Shown: positions 38,704 through 56,249, counted from the stretch's first letter. The stretch is 64,000 bases of DNA from the human T2T-CHM13v2.0 reference genome, Homo sapiens (GCF_009914755.1 NC_060934.1); one strand, 5' to 3'. Program-made: numbers and translations. Notes: generated by a model from the letters alone, not told the origin.

Positions 38704-38924
38704 GGCGACCACGGCAGCGATCACTTTCTGGACCCCAGTACTCAGCCAGCCGGAAACGGAACCGGGCTGGCGGCGGTGGGCGGGACAAATCCCAGCTGAG
38801 AGGCGGAAGGAGGTGGGGCCTGGGAAGACTGGGTTGCAACGGTCGCGAGACTCCCCTCGCCGTAGCGCGATGAAACGAGACTGAAGAAGAGAGCAAGGTG
38901 GGAGGGGCGCGCTGGGGAGCTTCG

Positions 38925-38934
38925 GCGCATGCGC
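38925..38934. promoter_or_regulatory. NRF1 binding site
   Basis: Palindromic GCGCATGCGC; NRF1 is an established regulator of nuclear OXPHOS genes including ATP synthase gamma. Confidence 0.85.
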
Positions 38935-38977
38935 GCTGAGGCCTGCCTGACCGACCTTCAGCAGGGCTGTGGCTACC

Positions 38978-39033
38978 ATGTTCTCTCGCGCGGGTGTCGC
39001 TGGGCTGTCGGCCTGGACCTTGCAGCCGCAATG
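38978..39033 (+). CDS. ATP5F1C: ATP synthase F1 subunit gamma exon 1 (MFSRAGVAGLSAWTLQPQ; mitochondrial presequence)
   Basis: accATG start, gtatgg donor, 56 nt. Confidence 0.96.
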
Positions 39034-41790
39034 GTATGGCAGCTTGCGGGAAGATCGGCAGGACCGCAAGGGATGGAAGAGCTTGGGCACGGGGCAGGGA
39101 GGAGGAGATGGGCGCGGGGGCAGATCTGGGGTCGCAGGGCCTAGCTGGGCCCCTGGCCCGTCGGAGGCGCCGGGTAGCGGGGGCTGCAGGAAGCGGCTCT
39201 GAGGTCGGGCAAGGTGTGCGCAGGGCCGGGCTCCGGCGGAGCAAGGTCCCGCCCGGTTCCCTGAGGTCGGAGGGCCACCTGGGACCTCGGGACTGCGGCC
39301 TGAGTCCAAATTGACGTCTGGGCGGTCTTGAGTTCCCTCAGCTAATCAGCACTTCCTGAGCTTCCACTTCCACTGCAAGCCAGGCCCCCAGTCTCAGGGC
39401 CTGCAAGGTGACGGGAGCCTGAGCAATAGCCCAGGGGAAGGTTAAGTCGTGCTTTTTGTCCTTGACGCCCTTTGAAACCCTCTAGTGCTGGACAGAGTGA
39501 CCCTTTAAGATTCGATCGAGTCAGAGAGCGCGGCCGTCGAGCACCTCCCGTGTTGCAGACGCTTTGCTGGGTGCTGCAACAGCAAAGGCGAACATCCTAG
39601 ATGCCTCTGAGGGTGGTTTTGGTGCAGAAGGGACCGTACAGATCTGTCTGAGGGCGGGGAAGGGAAGGACACCTAGCACTACCTTGAAACCACTTGCTGA
39701 AACCGTAACCCTGCAAGGTCATGAAATTGCCCCCAGGTCCTGGGGGAGGAGTTCGGTGGGCTTTTAAGTGGCATTTGTTAACTGACATGCAACTAAAGGG
39801 TGCCACGAGCCTCGAGAATTTTAAACATTAGTTCCGGGTAGGGGGACCTGGGCTGGGGGAAGTGCATATTAGAAGGCCCGGGAATGGGCAGGTAAAAGTT
39901 GGTTTGTGGGTGGTGCTGTTCAGTTTTGAAGCTTGACGGAATCTGGAAGAATTCCAGACACGCTGCTAAGGGGATTCTAGGCTGTGTCGTAGCAATTCCC
40001 TGCTCTTAACAGTGTGGAGGATTTCTAAGGCGCTACAGTGCTAAACTAGATTTTCGTATCCTAATTTATATGAAGGGACCATAAAGCATTAGTTGAAATA
40101 AATAGGTTTTTCATTAAGCAAATAACTGATAGTAATATACGAGATTTTCAGAATGATATCTGATGTGAATTAGCCACATAAAATTTTTGGTGGCTTGGCC
40201 TTGGAAGTCAGATTTTTTTTTTTCTCTAATATGGAAAAAGAACATTCATGGGAATTAAAAGGTCACTGTAGTTGAATTCTCAGTTGTATAGATTGTCCCA
40301 CTTGTTAACCACTCAGCAGACATTAGCTGAGTGCTTCCACTCCACCCGGTGGTACTTGGAAAGTGCCCAAATGTGATGGTGAGCAAATAGATAAGGTCTC
40401 AGTCAGTTTCCTGGGACAGTGCCTGGCATGCAGTGGTGCTCTGCGAACATCAGCTCTCCTGGCCTTACCTTCTTGCCACGCATTAATGTTATCTGTCAGT
40501 ATTTTTACAACCTTAGTTTCTAAGTTGATCTTTAAAAAAGTGGAAATAGTTTCTGAAACAAAGACAATATTTTACAAAAAATTTTAGAAATATCTTTTTT
40601 TAAAGCACCTGTAAGATAATTTGAAGCTCTTTTAGTGAAGGATTGTTTTAAATAAGAGCTCTCAGTTCAAGACAACTACTGTTAGGAGCTTAAATCGGAA
40701 CCACAATCAGCATATAAAGGTCCTAATCCTGACCTTAATCCCTTTGGAATATTGGTTTTATAAATCATCAATCAACAGTGTTCCACTATGAAAGCATATT
40801 CTGTCTTCTTCTTTTCATGTATTCCTTCACTGCTGGTGCTTAATGTCTTTCCTTCCTCTTCTGCCATTTCTCTTTCCATGAATTATAATTGCCTTTTGAA
40901 TTCAGAAATTAAAACCACTCCACAGAATTAATTTGGAAGGGGAAGAAAAGACCTTTGTCTTAACGAACCATGAAGAGGCATATTTCCATGCTTCTGTCTT
41001 GATTACTGGAAGTTTTTTAAAGTACAATTTGTTATTTTAGTTTTTGTTTTCAGAGAGGCTACCATGCTAACATAAAAACATTAGGCTTACTTAAATTCAC
41101 AGTGGTTATTTTAATAGTTGTTAGGGTATCGGCAAAATACTCTAACGTTTTGAAAATTAAACCTTTTTTTTAAAGCAGCATATAAGAAAATGGAAATTAA
41201 AAATTTGAGAGAAAGAATCCCGGATTTTACTGTCTTCAAATTTGGGAAAAACATTTCTATTTCTTAGAGTTCAGTAGTCTCTAAAATGGAACTGTTTTTT
41301 AATAACGTGTCAGTAGTCATAAACTACAGATACCGATAAGGAGATGGCATTTCAGGAGAGAAAAGACAAATTGTCATCTGAGACCATGAGGGCAGATATT
41401 TACTAATAAATGTAAAAAATGTGAGGCAGCAGAGTGTAGTACTGTATGAAGAGAGAGACTCTGTAGCCAGCCCTGAAGGGCTGCATTCAGACGGCAGGGA
41501 TTGAATTCTGATTGCCACTTAGCAGCTCTGTGACCTTGGGCAGGTTACTCAGTGTCTGTCCCACCAGTTCCTCATCTGTCAAATATATGCAATAAAAGTG
41601 CACAATTCAGTGGGTTAGTGTGAGGATTAGAGTATTTGCAAAGCATGTAGGACAATGGGAGAAATGCTGATAGGGATCCAAATGCTGTATATCAGTAGAG
41701 AAATGAAGAGTTTTTAAGTACAGTTTCTACATCAAATGTAATGTAAGAAGATTGCTTGGACTTGCGAAAAGAGGAAAAGAAGATGCAGTC

Positions 41791-42097
<307 letters not shown>

Positions 42098-43174
42098 TCA
42101 TGGGTGTGGGTTAGGTAAGTGTGAAGGAGTCAGTTTTTGCTGGTGGCAGGTAATGGACTTTTACACGCTTAATATCAGAATTAGAGTCACTTCATAATTT
42201 TCGTTGAGAATTAGCCAATATTGCTTGCTTTTTAAGTTTTTATGTATCTTAATATACTCCTTAAAAATCTCTCAAACAATAGTTTCTTGGAAGGGTGTCA
42301 TTCCTGACTCCCTCCTCCACTGCCTTCGTCAGCTGTTATAACAGCGCTGTGGAATCATGGTAGATAGTGGTAATCCACGGTCCATTTGATTCTCCCTCCA
42401 CTGTGTTTCTTAGTCTCCCGAGGATCTCAGGACGTGCAATGATTCAGAGCTTTATCTCCTCATTTGCAAAACTTTTATATTTAATAAAGGAAGCTATCCC
42501 TAAAGAGAGTTCAATTAGCTCATCACTGTTCTTACTCAAATTGTACCTAACAATTAAAGTAGTAACATAGACGTCTTCAGAATTAAATGAAAGCTAAACA
42601 TGAGAGTGCTTTAAAACACATGAAATTAGGGCAAATGCGTAGCATTATCACAAAAGATGCTACCTCTTCATACCTCTGACTTGGAGTACTTAAGGAAACC
42701 AAAACATTCTGTGTTTGTCCAAATATGGTATTCAATTCAAATTTATACCATATGGTATTCTCTGACTAGAAACTTGTGTCAGTTGAAGTGTCTGCCTAAA
42801 ACAATAATATCCAAGAGTGACTTGTTATAACCAATAAATTTTGTGTTCAGGGAGAAAAGTCATTACTACACCAAAAAAGGAAGGTTGACCAAAAACTGGT
42901 ATTACTTTTCAAGTGTGATTATGAAAAGCTGTTGTAGTAGAACAGTCATGGCAGGTAGTTTGTGCTCTGAAATAACAGAGCTTGTCAGGATTTGCCAGCT
43001 TTTATCTTTTCCTTTAGTAGATTCATTCTTAAAACCAAACCTAATATTTTTCGTGCTGTAGTGGGAGAATCACCTGAGCCCAGGAAGTTGAGACTGCAGG
43101 AAGCCATGATCACACCACTGCACTATAGCCTGGGTGAGGGGAGTGAGACCCTGTCTTCAAACCGCAAAAAACAA

Positions 43175-45580
<2,406 letters not shown>

Positions 45581-46890
45581 TGTCCACCAAGGTCATTCAA
45601 TTAGAGAAACCTTAGATCATTCTTACTGCTTTCCTTTCTACTACGAATGTACATGTGAAGAAGTTAAATGCTTGCAAATCTAGTCTCCTATTGCTTTGCC
45701 AGCATCTTCATCCAGGTTCTTGAGGTCTCTCCTGAGGCTGTGGCAGCCTACATCCCCATGTCTTCTGTGTTCATCAAAACTCCAACCTCATTTTACGCTT
45801 GTCACTGCCATGTGAGATACTTTGCTGAAATACTAAACTGATTTGTGGGCTTATAAACATTCATTTCCCTATTAACCTACAAATAAGATTTAAACCAATT
45901 TGCTTTTTTTGATATTTAAAAATATTAATTATTTAAAGTAACAAACCCAACTCATGTGTCCAGTTTCCCCTTCTCCATTTCTCACTCTTTCCTGAACATG
46001 AATGCTCTTAAAATGACATTCTGTTCCCGAGAATCCCCTCCTCACATCTCTACTTTGTGCACACATTTCATCATGCTCAGTTCTCCTGTGTAGCTTTGCC
46101 TGCAAACACAGGCACTTTGTATGGATTTGAAGGCAGAAAGATCATCTAATATTTTTTAGCATGTCTTCCCCCATTAGGCCAGGAATTCTCTCATATTCAT
46201 CTTTCACCAACATTTCATTTAAGCCTAATCATTTTGACTTCTGCACATTAGCATTTCAATTTTAAAGACTTGAAAAAAAATACTAAATGTTATGTAAATG
46301 TAATTTTTTATGAACCTTGTTTACAAGGTAACAATATGTCAGAGACCATGTCGTGTTTACCAGTGCCTGGAATTTAGAGCATCTTGGTAAATGTTTATTG
46401 AGCTAAATTGAAAAAGTTAAGAATCAGTTTATATAAACTACTTTTACACGTGTAGTCATGTTCGACTATATCATTGACTCTGTTACTGGAAGAGGTTGCT
46501 GTGAACTAAGGAAATTTTTAGAGTGGCTGGCCTTGATTCGAAGTATAGTTGGGCAGCTTAACAAGGGGAGGGGCTTTTCTGTCATGGAAACAAGATAAGC
46601 AAAGATATGGAGGTGGGACTAGAGCATGTGTGAGTCAATAGAGCATGTTGACTTCTGGGAAGGTGGTGGTACAGACAGGCCAAATAAAAGGAGGCCTTCA
46701 ATACAGGGATTCGCGCCACTACTAAGGGATTTAAATATATGTCTATTCATATACATTCTGAGTCCTGTATTTGATAGATTGTTTCTTTATGGGGTATTCT
46801 TTAAATAAATATATATTAACTGAAAGTTTTTCTTGTATAATGGAACTATTTTTCAAAAAACTGAAACATTTTTAAAACTTTTATCCTCAG

Positions 46891-46925
46891 GATTCAAGTT
46901 CGAAATATGGCAACTTTGAAAGATA
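46891..46925 (+). CDS. ATP5F1C: ATP synthase gamma exon 2 (IQVRNMATLKD)
   Basis: cctcag acceptor, gtaagt donor, 35 nt. Confidence 0.96.
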
Positions 46926-47317
46926 GTAAGTATGTTGTTTGTCTCAATATGTGAATTGAGAAAAACTAAATTTTGACAAATACAAATACTTTCAAAAATA
47001 TACTGCTTTAGCCCGTTGTGTATTTGATGAAAACTGACCAAATGGATTTCCATTGTATGTTTGGGACATTGGACTTGTTCTGAAAAGACCAGTAAGAAAG
47101 GACACCTGAGACAGCTATGTTCTGTTGTTTGTAGAATGATCATGATATAACTAGAAAAAATTATACCAGTGTTGGTGTAGGTGGGTGTATGTGTGGGAAG
47201 GGGTAAATCATGTTATATATAAATAATGTTATGGAATATGTGGTTAAGGCAACTTTCAATACCATTTAATGTTTTAAATGTATATTATTGTCTTATGTTG
47301 CCATTTGCTTGTCCTAA

Positions 47318-47670
<353 letters not shown>

Positions 47671-47834
47671 TATTAGTACTAGTTCTAATATTAAGACTGG
47701 TTTAGCATCGTGCTGTTTATTGTTTATCTAAGCGCTCATTATTCTGCCTTGCACTTTAGAAAAATATGTCAATAAATTCACAAGGAAGTTATACTGTAAT
47801 TCCTTTGTCTTAACACAGTACTTCTATTTTTCAG

Positions 47835-47966
47835 TCACCAGGAGACTAAAGTCCATCAAAAACATCCAGAAAATTACCAAGTCTATGAAAATGGTAGCGG
47901 CAGCAAAATATGCCCGAGCTGAGAGAGAGCTGAAACCAGCTCGAATATATGGATTGGGATCTTTAG
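47835..47966 (+). CDS. ATP5F1C: ATP synthase gamma exon 3 ([43 protein letters not shown])
   Basis: tttcag acceptor, gtaagg donor, 132 nt; conserved AtpG N-terminal helix. Confidence 0.97.
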
Positions 47967-48874
47967 GTAAGGGAAGAGTGTAATTCACAAATTAGGAAGA
48001 ACTGTTTCACACAAGGAAGACTACTGATGACTTACATTTAGAGCTTACAGTGATGTCAAGCCTATCTGAGCACTTGCCATGTACTTATTTTTCATCTACA
48101 TCCACTTGACACGTAATGATAACAACCCGTGTAGGTAGTACAGGTAGGGACTGTTAGAATCCCTGCTTTCCAGTGAGAAAAACTGAAGCACACAGAAGTT
48201 AAGTAACTTGCCTAAGATCACATATAAAAGGATGAAGAGCCTCTGTTTGGACCTATGTGGTTTGGTGTCGAGTCTGTGTATTTGTTAGCCATTATACGTG
48301 ACCATGTTAACTTTTAAAATATTCTGAAATGTTCCCAGTTGTTAAGTATACCATCAGAAGAACTTGGAAACCGTGCGTTAGATGTAAGGGCTTAATTTCA
48401 TCCTATGACCTTGTAGTGTGGCATTTTAGGACTGCAGCGGGGGCGGGTGAGGGGCAGTGCAGTGGAGAGCTGGCCTTGTGGTCATGGATATGACTCATGA
48501 TGGTGTTTTGAGAATCCGAACGATGTTGAAGCAGGAAAAGCAGCTGAGAACCTCCATTTTCAAGATACTTAATCACCATTCTTATCTTTTCAAAAGCATG
48601 AAGACATTTTTCCTTCAGAAATTTATGTAATCCATCCTTAATTAGTCTTCTTAATGGAAAAGAGATGAGATATGACAGTTTAAAAAGAATTTATATTGTG
48701 TTTTTAGATGCTTTTATACTTGTTTGATTATGAATTTATCTTGGAAATAAAGTTGTAAAGAGCTGGAAATGGGAAAGAAGTTTCTATTTTAACTTGTAAT
48801 TACATTCTTTCTCTTAACTTTTTTATGATCATGCTGTCTTATCCTGAGTTGAGGCTATCTAAAAGAATTTTTAA

Positions 48875-49694
<820 letters not shown>

Positions 49695-49777
49695 TAACCA
49701 ACTGCTTTGTAAATTAGAGATTTATTGTATTTAGTGTATTGCATATAAAAAAATTACTGCTTTTGTTTGTTTTTAAG

Positions 49778-49982
49778 CTCTGTATGAAAAAGCTGATATC
49801 AAGGGGCCTGAAGACAAGAAGAAACACCTCCTTATTGGTGTGTCCTCAGATCGAGGACTGTGTGGTGCTATTCATTCCTCCATTGCTAAACAGATGAAAA
49901 GCGAGGTTGCTACACTAACAGCAGCTGGGAAAGAAGTTATGCTTGTTGGAATTGGTGACAAAATCAGAGGCATACTTTATAG
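49778..49982 (+). CDS. ATP5F1C: ATP synthase gamma exon 4 ([34 protein letters not shown]...IRGILY)
   Basis: tttaag acceptor, gtaatt donor, 205 nt; SDRGLCG motif. Confidence 0.97.
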
Positions 49983-50559
49983 GTAATTTAAATATATATT
50001 GTTTATTTTCATAAAGATGTAAGCACGAATAAATCTTCTCTCAAAAGTTTTGACAAACTCTCAAAACCTTCATCAATAACAAGGTATATTCTTCAGGGCC
50101 TTTTTTGGTATATTCACAAGGGGGTGTTTGTTTCCTTTTTCTTTTTTCCAGGATATATTGGAACATTTCTGTTTTCCTTCCCCTGTTTTCTACCTTTGCT
50201 TCTTCATCCGGATCATAAGTTGAATGCCATGTGAATATCAAAAGCTATCAGCATTAAGCCAAATGAGGCATCTGAGGAGCTGTTACAGCCTGGAAATGTT
50301 AGCAATAGTTCATTAGGATTAGAAGGAGAGGAATAAAGGGGAAAAGAATATAAAACAGACCTCATTTTTAGTTCTTAGTTCTTTGCAGGTGCTGAAGGAA
50401 AGGAATTATGATAGTGTGTGGAACAACTCAGGAAATCACCACCACCCATACCCCAAAAGACCTGATCCATGGTGACAATGTTTTCTCCTGCCTGTCCCCT
50501 GTGCTCTTTCAGCAGAAATCTTATTAAACTAGCTATGTGAGCTCTTGCTTTTCTTATAG

Positions 50560-50703
50560 GACTCATTCTGACCAGTTTCTGGTGGCATTCAAAGAAGTGG
50601 GAAGAAAGCCCCCCACTTTTGGAGATGCGTCAGTCATTGCCCTTGAATTACTAAATTCTGGATATGAATTTGATGAAGGCTCCATCATCTTTAATAAATT
50701 CAG
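50560..50703 (+). CDS. ATP5F1C: ATP synthase gamma exon 5 ([20 protein letters not shown]...IIFNKF), GC donor
   Basis: ttatag acceptor; ends CAG|GCAAGA; 144 nt, in phase with exon 6. Confidence 0.95.
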
Positions 50704-50814
50704 GCAAGACAGATTTAGAAATCAAAGCTTTTTTATGTTCATGCTTTTGTTCATATTTTGAAATAACAGTTTAAAAATTATTTTGAGATTTACATTTGTT
50801 TTTGTCAATTCTAG

Positions 50815-50879
50815 GTCTGTCATCTCCTATAAGACAGAAGAAAAGCCCATCTTTTCCCTTAATACCGTTGCAAGTGCTG
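50815..50879 (+). CDS. ATP5F1C: ATP synthase gamma exon 6 ([21 protein letters not shown])
   Basis: ttctag acceptor, gtaagt donor, 65 nt. Confidence 0.96.
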
Positions 50880-50984
50880 GTAAGTAGTTTTTCTATGATA
50901 CATATTTTTTGGCATATAGAATGGAGAGATTTGTACACTAAGGCAGACAGTGTCAAGATATCTGGTGGTAGCTATAGCAAATGA

Positions 50985-51615
<631 letters not shown>

Positions 51616-53053
51616 TGACTTCCATGATACTTAATTCAGTCATTGTTTGATAACTCCTGCTCTATTCTGTCATTAATTGAAAAGTCAGTATCTATTGAGG
51701 TTCATCATTAGATTTTTTTGTCCTCAAGGATTGAAGAGCGTAGCTAGAAACTGGCTTTGCAATTTATGTTTGGGACCTCTAACTACAATAAAACAGAAGC
51801 TCTAGAATAGAGAGTTGAACAGTGTTCACAGCTAATTTACATTGACTCAATTCTCTTGTTTTATTGTTGGAATAAAGTCATCATTGATCATTGAAGCATC
51901 CTGGAATAATATTCTGGAACTGATTTTAGTTTTCTAAGGCTTTTTTCCCTTGTATATACCATCTATTTTCTAATACTTCATTTATTTTCAAGTATGTACT
52001 TTACACGTTAATGTTTCTGAAATTGAGATGGCTCTACCAGCCAATGGAACATCATTTATAATTGAGTACATTTTTTTCTCTCTTAATGAGAAATAAAGTA
52101 GGTGTTACAACCAGTACCATTTAATGAAATATAGTATTTTGATAATATATAGTACTGTGTCACCACTTGACCCCAATGAATGAATTTTGAAATGTACTTC
52201 TAAATTTCTACAACATTAAAACTACGATTCATACCAATTTCTAGTTCTCCCACTCTTTCATGTGCTTTGAAAGGTTTTCCCTCTCTCATTTTCCAGATTG
52301 ATACATTCAGATTTCTTCAGTAATCAAATGACTAAGTTGGAATTACTGCACAGGTTGAGTATCCCTTGTGTGAATGCTTAGGACCAGAAATGTTTGGGAT
52401 TTCAGAATATTTTCATATTTATAATGCAGTATCTTGGGGACAGGACCTGAGTCTGTACACCCTATACACATAGCCTGAAGGCAATTTTATGCAATATTTT
52501 AAAGAATTTTCTGCATGAAACAAAGTTTCAAATGCACCCCATCACACAAGGTCAGGTGTGGAATTTTCCACTTGTGGCATCACGTCAGTGCTCAAAATGT
52601 TTCAGATTTTGGAGCACTTCAGATTTTGGACTTTGGGATTAGGGATGCTCAACCTGTATTACACTAAATTCGTTTCAATTCATTATTATTCTTTTTTACT
52701 GGAAAAAGCATTGAGTGCTTGCTGGCTTTGTAACAGGCACATGCTAATGCTGTCCAGAGGGCTTCATAACCACGAGATATAGTGCAGTTATTTCAAATGT
52801 TGACCTAATTTTTCTAAAGTTACACATGTGGAGTAGAATATCAAATGGTTTATTTACACATTATATTTTGCTAAAAATATGCTATCATCTGTAGTGTGGA
52901 AATAGATGACATTATTAGAACAGATTCATTTACCTTATCTAGCATTAATTTCTGCTCTGTAATTATAAAGGAGTTTTACACTGAAAAGCTGTTTTTGATG
53001 AATTACTATTCCTTCTATATAACTTGAAAGAAACTCATCACTTGTTTTAACAG

Positions 53054-53209
53054 ACAGCATGAGTATCTATGACGATATTGATGCTGACGTGCTGCAAAAT
53101 TACCAAGAATACAATCTGGCCAACATCATCTACTACTCTCTGAAGGAGTCCACCACTAGTGAGCAGAGTGCCAGGATGACAGCCATGGACAATGCCAGCA
53201 AGAATGCTT
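53054..53209 (+). CDS. ATP5F1C: ATP synthase gamma exon 7 ([19 protein letters not shown]...[17 protein letters not shown])
   Basis: aacag acceptor, gtaagt donor, 156 nt. Confidence 0.97.
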
Positions 53210-53541
53210 GTAAGTACACAGTATGGACAGTGCCAGCAGGAGTGCTTGTGAGCACACAGTGAATCTCAGCTGAGAGGAGTCCGTGGCCGAGAGTAGCATC
53301 AACAACATTAACATGATATTCCTGTACCTGTAAGAAAGTATATCTTGATAGGTAGTTGATTTGCAAGTACTGTGAAAAGGTATCCTATGGAAGATGTAAA
53401 AATATCTTCATAACATTATTTGAGAGGCCAATTTTGGTATCCAAAAATTTCTTACTTTTAAATTAAGCAACAGAAGTTAGTTAACAAGTTATTCTACTCT
53501 AGTTTCAGATTTTTTATGTAGTGTTTTTGTTTTGTTTGTAG

Positions 53542-53638
53542 CTGAGATGATTGACAAATTGACATTGACATTCAACCGTACCCGCCAAGCTGTCATCACA
53601 AAAGAGTTGATTGAAATTATCTCTGGTGCTGCAGCTCT
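53542..53638 (+). CDS. ATP5F1C: ATP synthase gamma exon 8 ([31 protein letters not shown])
   Basis: ttgtag acceptor, gtgagt donor, 97 nt; conserved C-terminal helix. Confidence 0.97.
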
Positions 53639-54079
53639 GTGAGTAATTGTAGATTGTCGCCTTCAGAGAATTTTTTTTCCTCTTGCTGTGTCTGCTTGTT
53701 TGGATGCTTAAAAGTTTTTCGTTTTTGTCTTTTGAAGTTGAAACTCATTGCTGAAACTTGCATCCTAACTCTTAGGCTATAAAGATGTGGTAAAAATGGG
53801 ACCTCTTTGCTTTATTTTTATTGTTTCAGCTGGAAACACTCGGGCTTAGTTTTCGGTTTTCTAAAGGATTAGGAATGGGATGTGGATAATTCAGTATCAT
53901 TTATGAAATCTTTTTTTGGAATTTAAACAATTGTAAGCCAAGCTTTCTGAGTTACAGGGCTAGTTTCAGATTTGGTTTTACATAAATCTATAAACCATTG
54001 CATGTTGGGAAGGTCCAGGAATTTTTTAATCATTATGTTTTTTAATCATTATGTTTTCTATATCAGTACCAAAAGATAG

Positions 54080-54368
54080 TATAGCCATCCCTCAGTATCT
54101 GCAGTGGATTGGTTCCAGAACTCACTCTCACCTCCCCCAGGATACCAAAATCTGAAGATCCTCAAGTCCCTGAAATAAAATAGCACAGTACTACATATAA
54201 AAAATGCACATCCTCTCGTATACTTTTAATCATCTCTAGTTATAATGCTATGTAAATTGTTGTTGTATTGGTTTTTGTTTTTATTATTTTATCATTATTT
54301 TTGTCTTTTTTCCAAATATTTTACATCGGCTGTTGGTTGAATCCATGGATACTGAGGGCCAACTATAT
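54080..54368 (+). mobile_element. MER2-like Tigger DNA transposon
   Basis: CCCTCAGTATCTGCAGTGGATTGGTTCCAG...GGATACTGAGGGCCAACT; related fragment at ~30275-30595. Confidence 0.7.
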
Positions 54369-56249
54369 ACTGCTTTCCTCAAGAAAATTTCTTAGTTGTT
54401 GAAAAACTTTGATGTTTATGAAAAAAAGGTTAAGATAATGGGAATTTTATTCAAAAAGTTATTAAGTTGAATACCCACTATGTGCACAGTACAGTGCTAG
54501 ACACAGTGTTAAGGATGTGATTCTCTCTTTTAAGGCACTTATATTCTAATAGGATAAGAAACATACAAGTAATTGTGATTAGATAAAACATGTAGTAAGT
54601 TCTTTTTGACTCGTTCCTTCTTACCTCCTGCTAATCAGTTACCATGCTCTTTAAGTTTTACCTTCTAACTATCTCTTGAATCTTCCCCCTTCTTTATGCC
54701 CACTTAATGCAGATCCTTGTCATTTCTCTCCTGGGTTCAAAAAGGTAATTATTTGAGTGCCCCTTAAGTGTCAGGCCCTGTGCTAGACACTGAGGATACA
54801 GTGGTAACAGTATTTGCCTTCAGAGAGCTCAGTCTTCACAGTAAAGGCAGACACTAAATAAGAAGTCACAGCAGAACAGAGGTTGCTAAACTGTGGCCTG
54901 GAGCTAAGAATGGGTTCTGCATTTTTAAAGGGATATAAGAAAAAGGAGAGTGATAGCGTGTGACCCACAGAGCGCAGAATACTTGCTGTGTGGCCCTTCA
55001 CCGAAAAAATTTGCCTATTCTTGTGACAGTGTTATGAGGAAAATAACAAAATCCATTCTCTGTTATACACTCATTCTGCAGAAACACTCGATGTATGTGA
55101 TCCTATATTTTCTGGTCACCAGCACTCTTCCCAGTCCAGTCTCTTACCATTACCATTTCTCACGTCCTTGAACCTCAGCCACCTTGATCTACTTCCAGAT
55201 CTACAGATTCGTCACTCTTTCTCGCGGCCAGGGAGTGGCATGTGCTGCAGCCTGAAAAGCCACTATTTCTTCCCTTGCTCCCTTGATTCTTCATCTGACT
55301 GCCTCCTGTGTATCCTTCCTTACTCAGCTGGGGGAATCCTTTCTTCCAGAAAACACTCCTTCCTTCAGTCTGAGTGAGGCAGCCTTCTGTAGCATCCTGT
55401 CTTCCATTTAGCTTAGCTCTTACAGCCTTGTATGAGGAATTGGCTTTTTATTTGTCTGTGTGCTCCTCGAGGCTAGGATGGGACCATATCTTATTCACTT
55501 TTGTGTCCCCATTGCCTGGTACATACCTCCTTCGTGAATGTTGAATGAATGAATGAAATGCCATATGTATTCAGAACTGGAAGTTCAGAAGAGGGACAAA
55601 TAACATTTTATTGGGTGTATGAAAATGTGGGTCCATGGTTTTAAGAGTCAGGGAAAAGTTCATCACTATTTAAAGTGTTCCTTAAGTGTTACTTTTCAAG
55701 GGCAGAAACTGGGCAGAATGCCAGAGAGACACAACTAGAACTTTTTGAGCCAACAGAGACCTTTGTGTAAGTTGTTAGTTGGATCCATCAGCCTTGCTAT
55801 CCTAAGCATTCTTCTCTTATTTTACTTTCTAAGCACAGCTGTGTTAGGACTAACCCATTCACAGCCTGGTCACCAATGTTCTATCAGCATCACAGAATAC
55901 TGTCTCATGGTGTCTAGCTTGATGAACTTGGTTAGGATACTCTCTCTGTTACTCAGCTTTGTCATCTGTAACATGGGGACTAATACAAGGACTAAAACCT
56001 TCTATTAGCCATTATCCTTCTTGCCATCTACCCCATGTTAAAGCCAGGCTGATTTGTTCTTGGATCTTAAGTGTGACAAAGCCTGCGGGAAGGAACCACA
56101 TTCTGAAGGTTTGTGGGCTGTGTGAGATCCAGAGAACCCAAGGGGGTTTTTTTGCTCTTGACAAACGAATGTTAGGTATGACCTATGATGATACAACTTC
56201 TGCAAAATTGAGGACCAGCCTATTTCTTCATTAGAAATGCAGGAAACCT

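Larger units (their letters stand above)
38370..39330. promoter_or_regulatory. CpG island / bidirectional KIN-ATP5F1C promoter
   Basis: High GC and CpG; divergent ATGs about 275 bp apart; ETS-like CCGGAA ~38750 and GCGGAAG ~38803; GC box ~38776; TCGCGAGA ~38843. Confidence 0.92.

Noticed and set aside
38333-39244. 303-aa minus-strand ORF over the promoter
   Set aside because: Pro/Arg/Ala-rich open frame typical of CpG islands, non-ATG start, out of frame with KIN.
53051-53057. CAG|ACAG tandem acceptor at ATP5F1C exon 7
   Set aside because: The second AG is 4 nt downstream and out of frame; the first AG fits the protein and nothing suggests use of the second.
54023-54057. 16-bp tandem repeat TTTTTTAATCATTATG, and (GAT/GAC)n at ~8354-8392
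   Set aside because: Ordinary low-complexity slippage repeats deep in introns.
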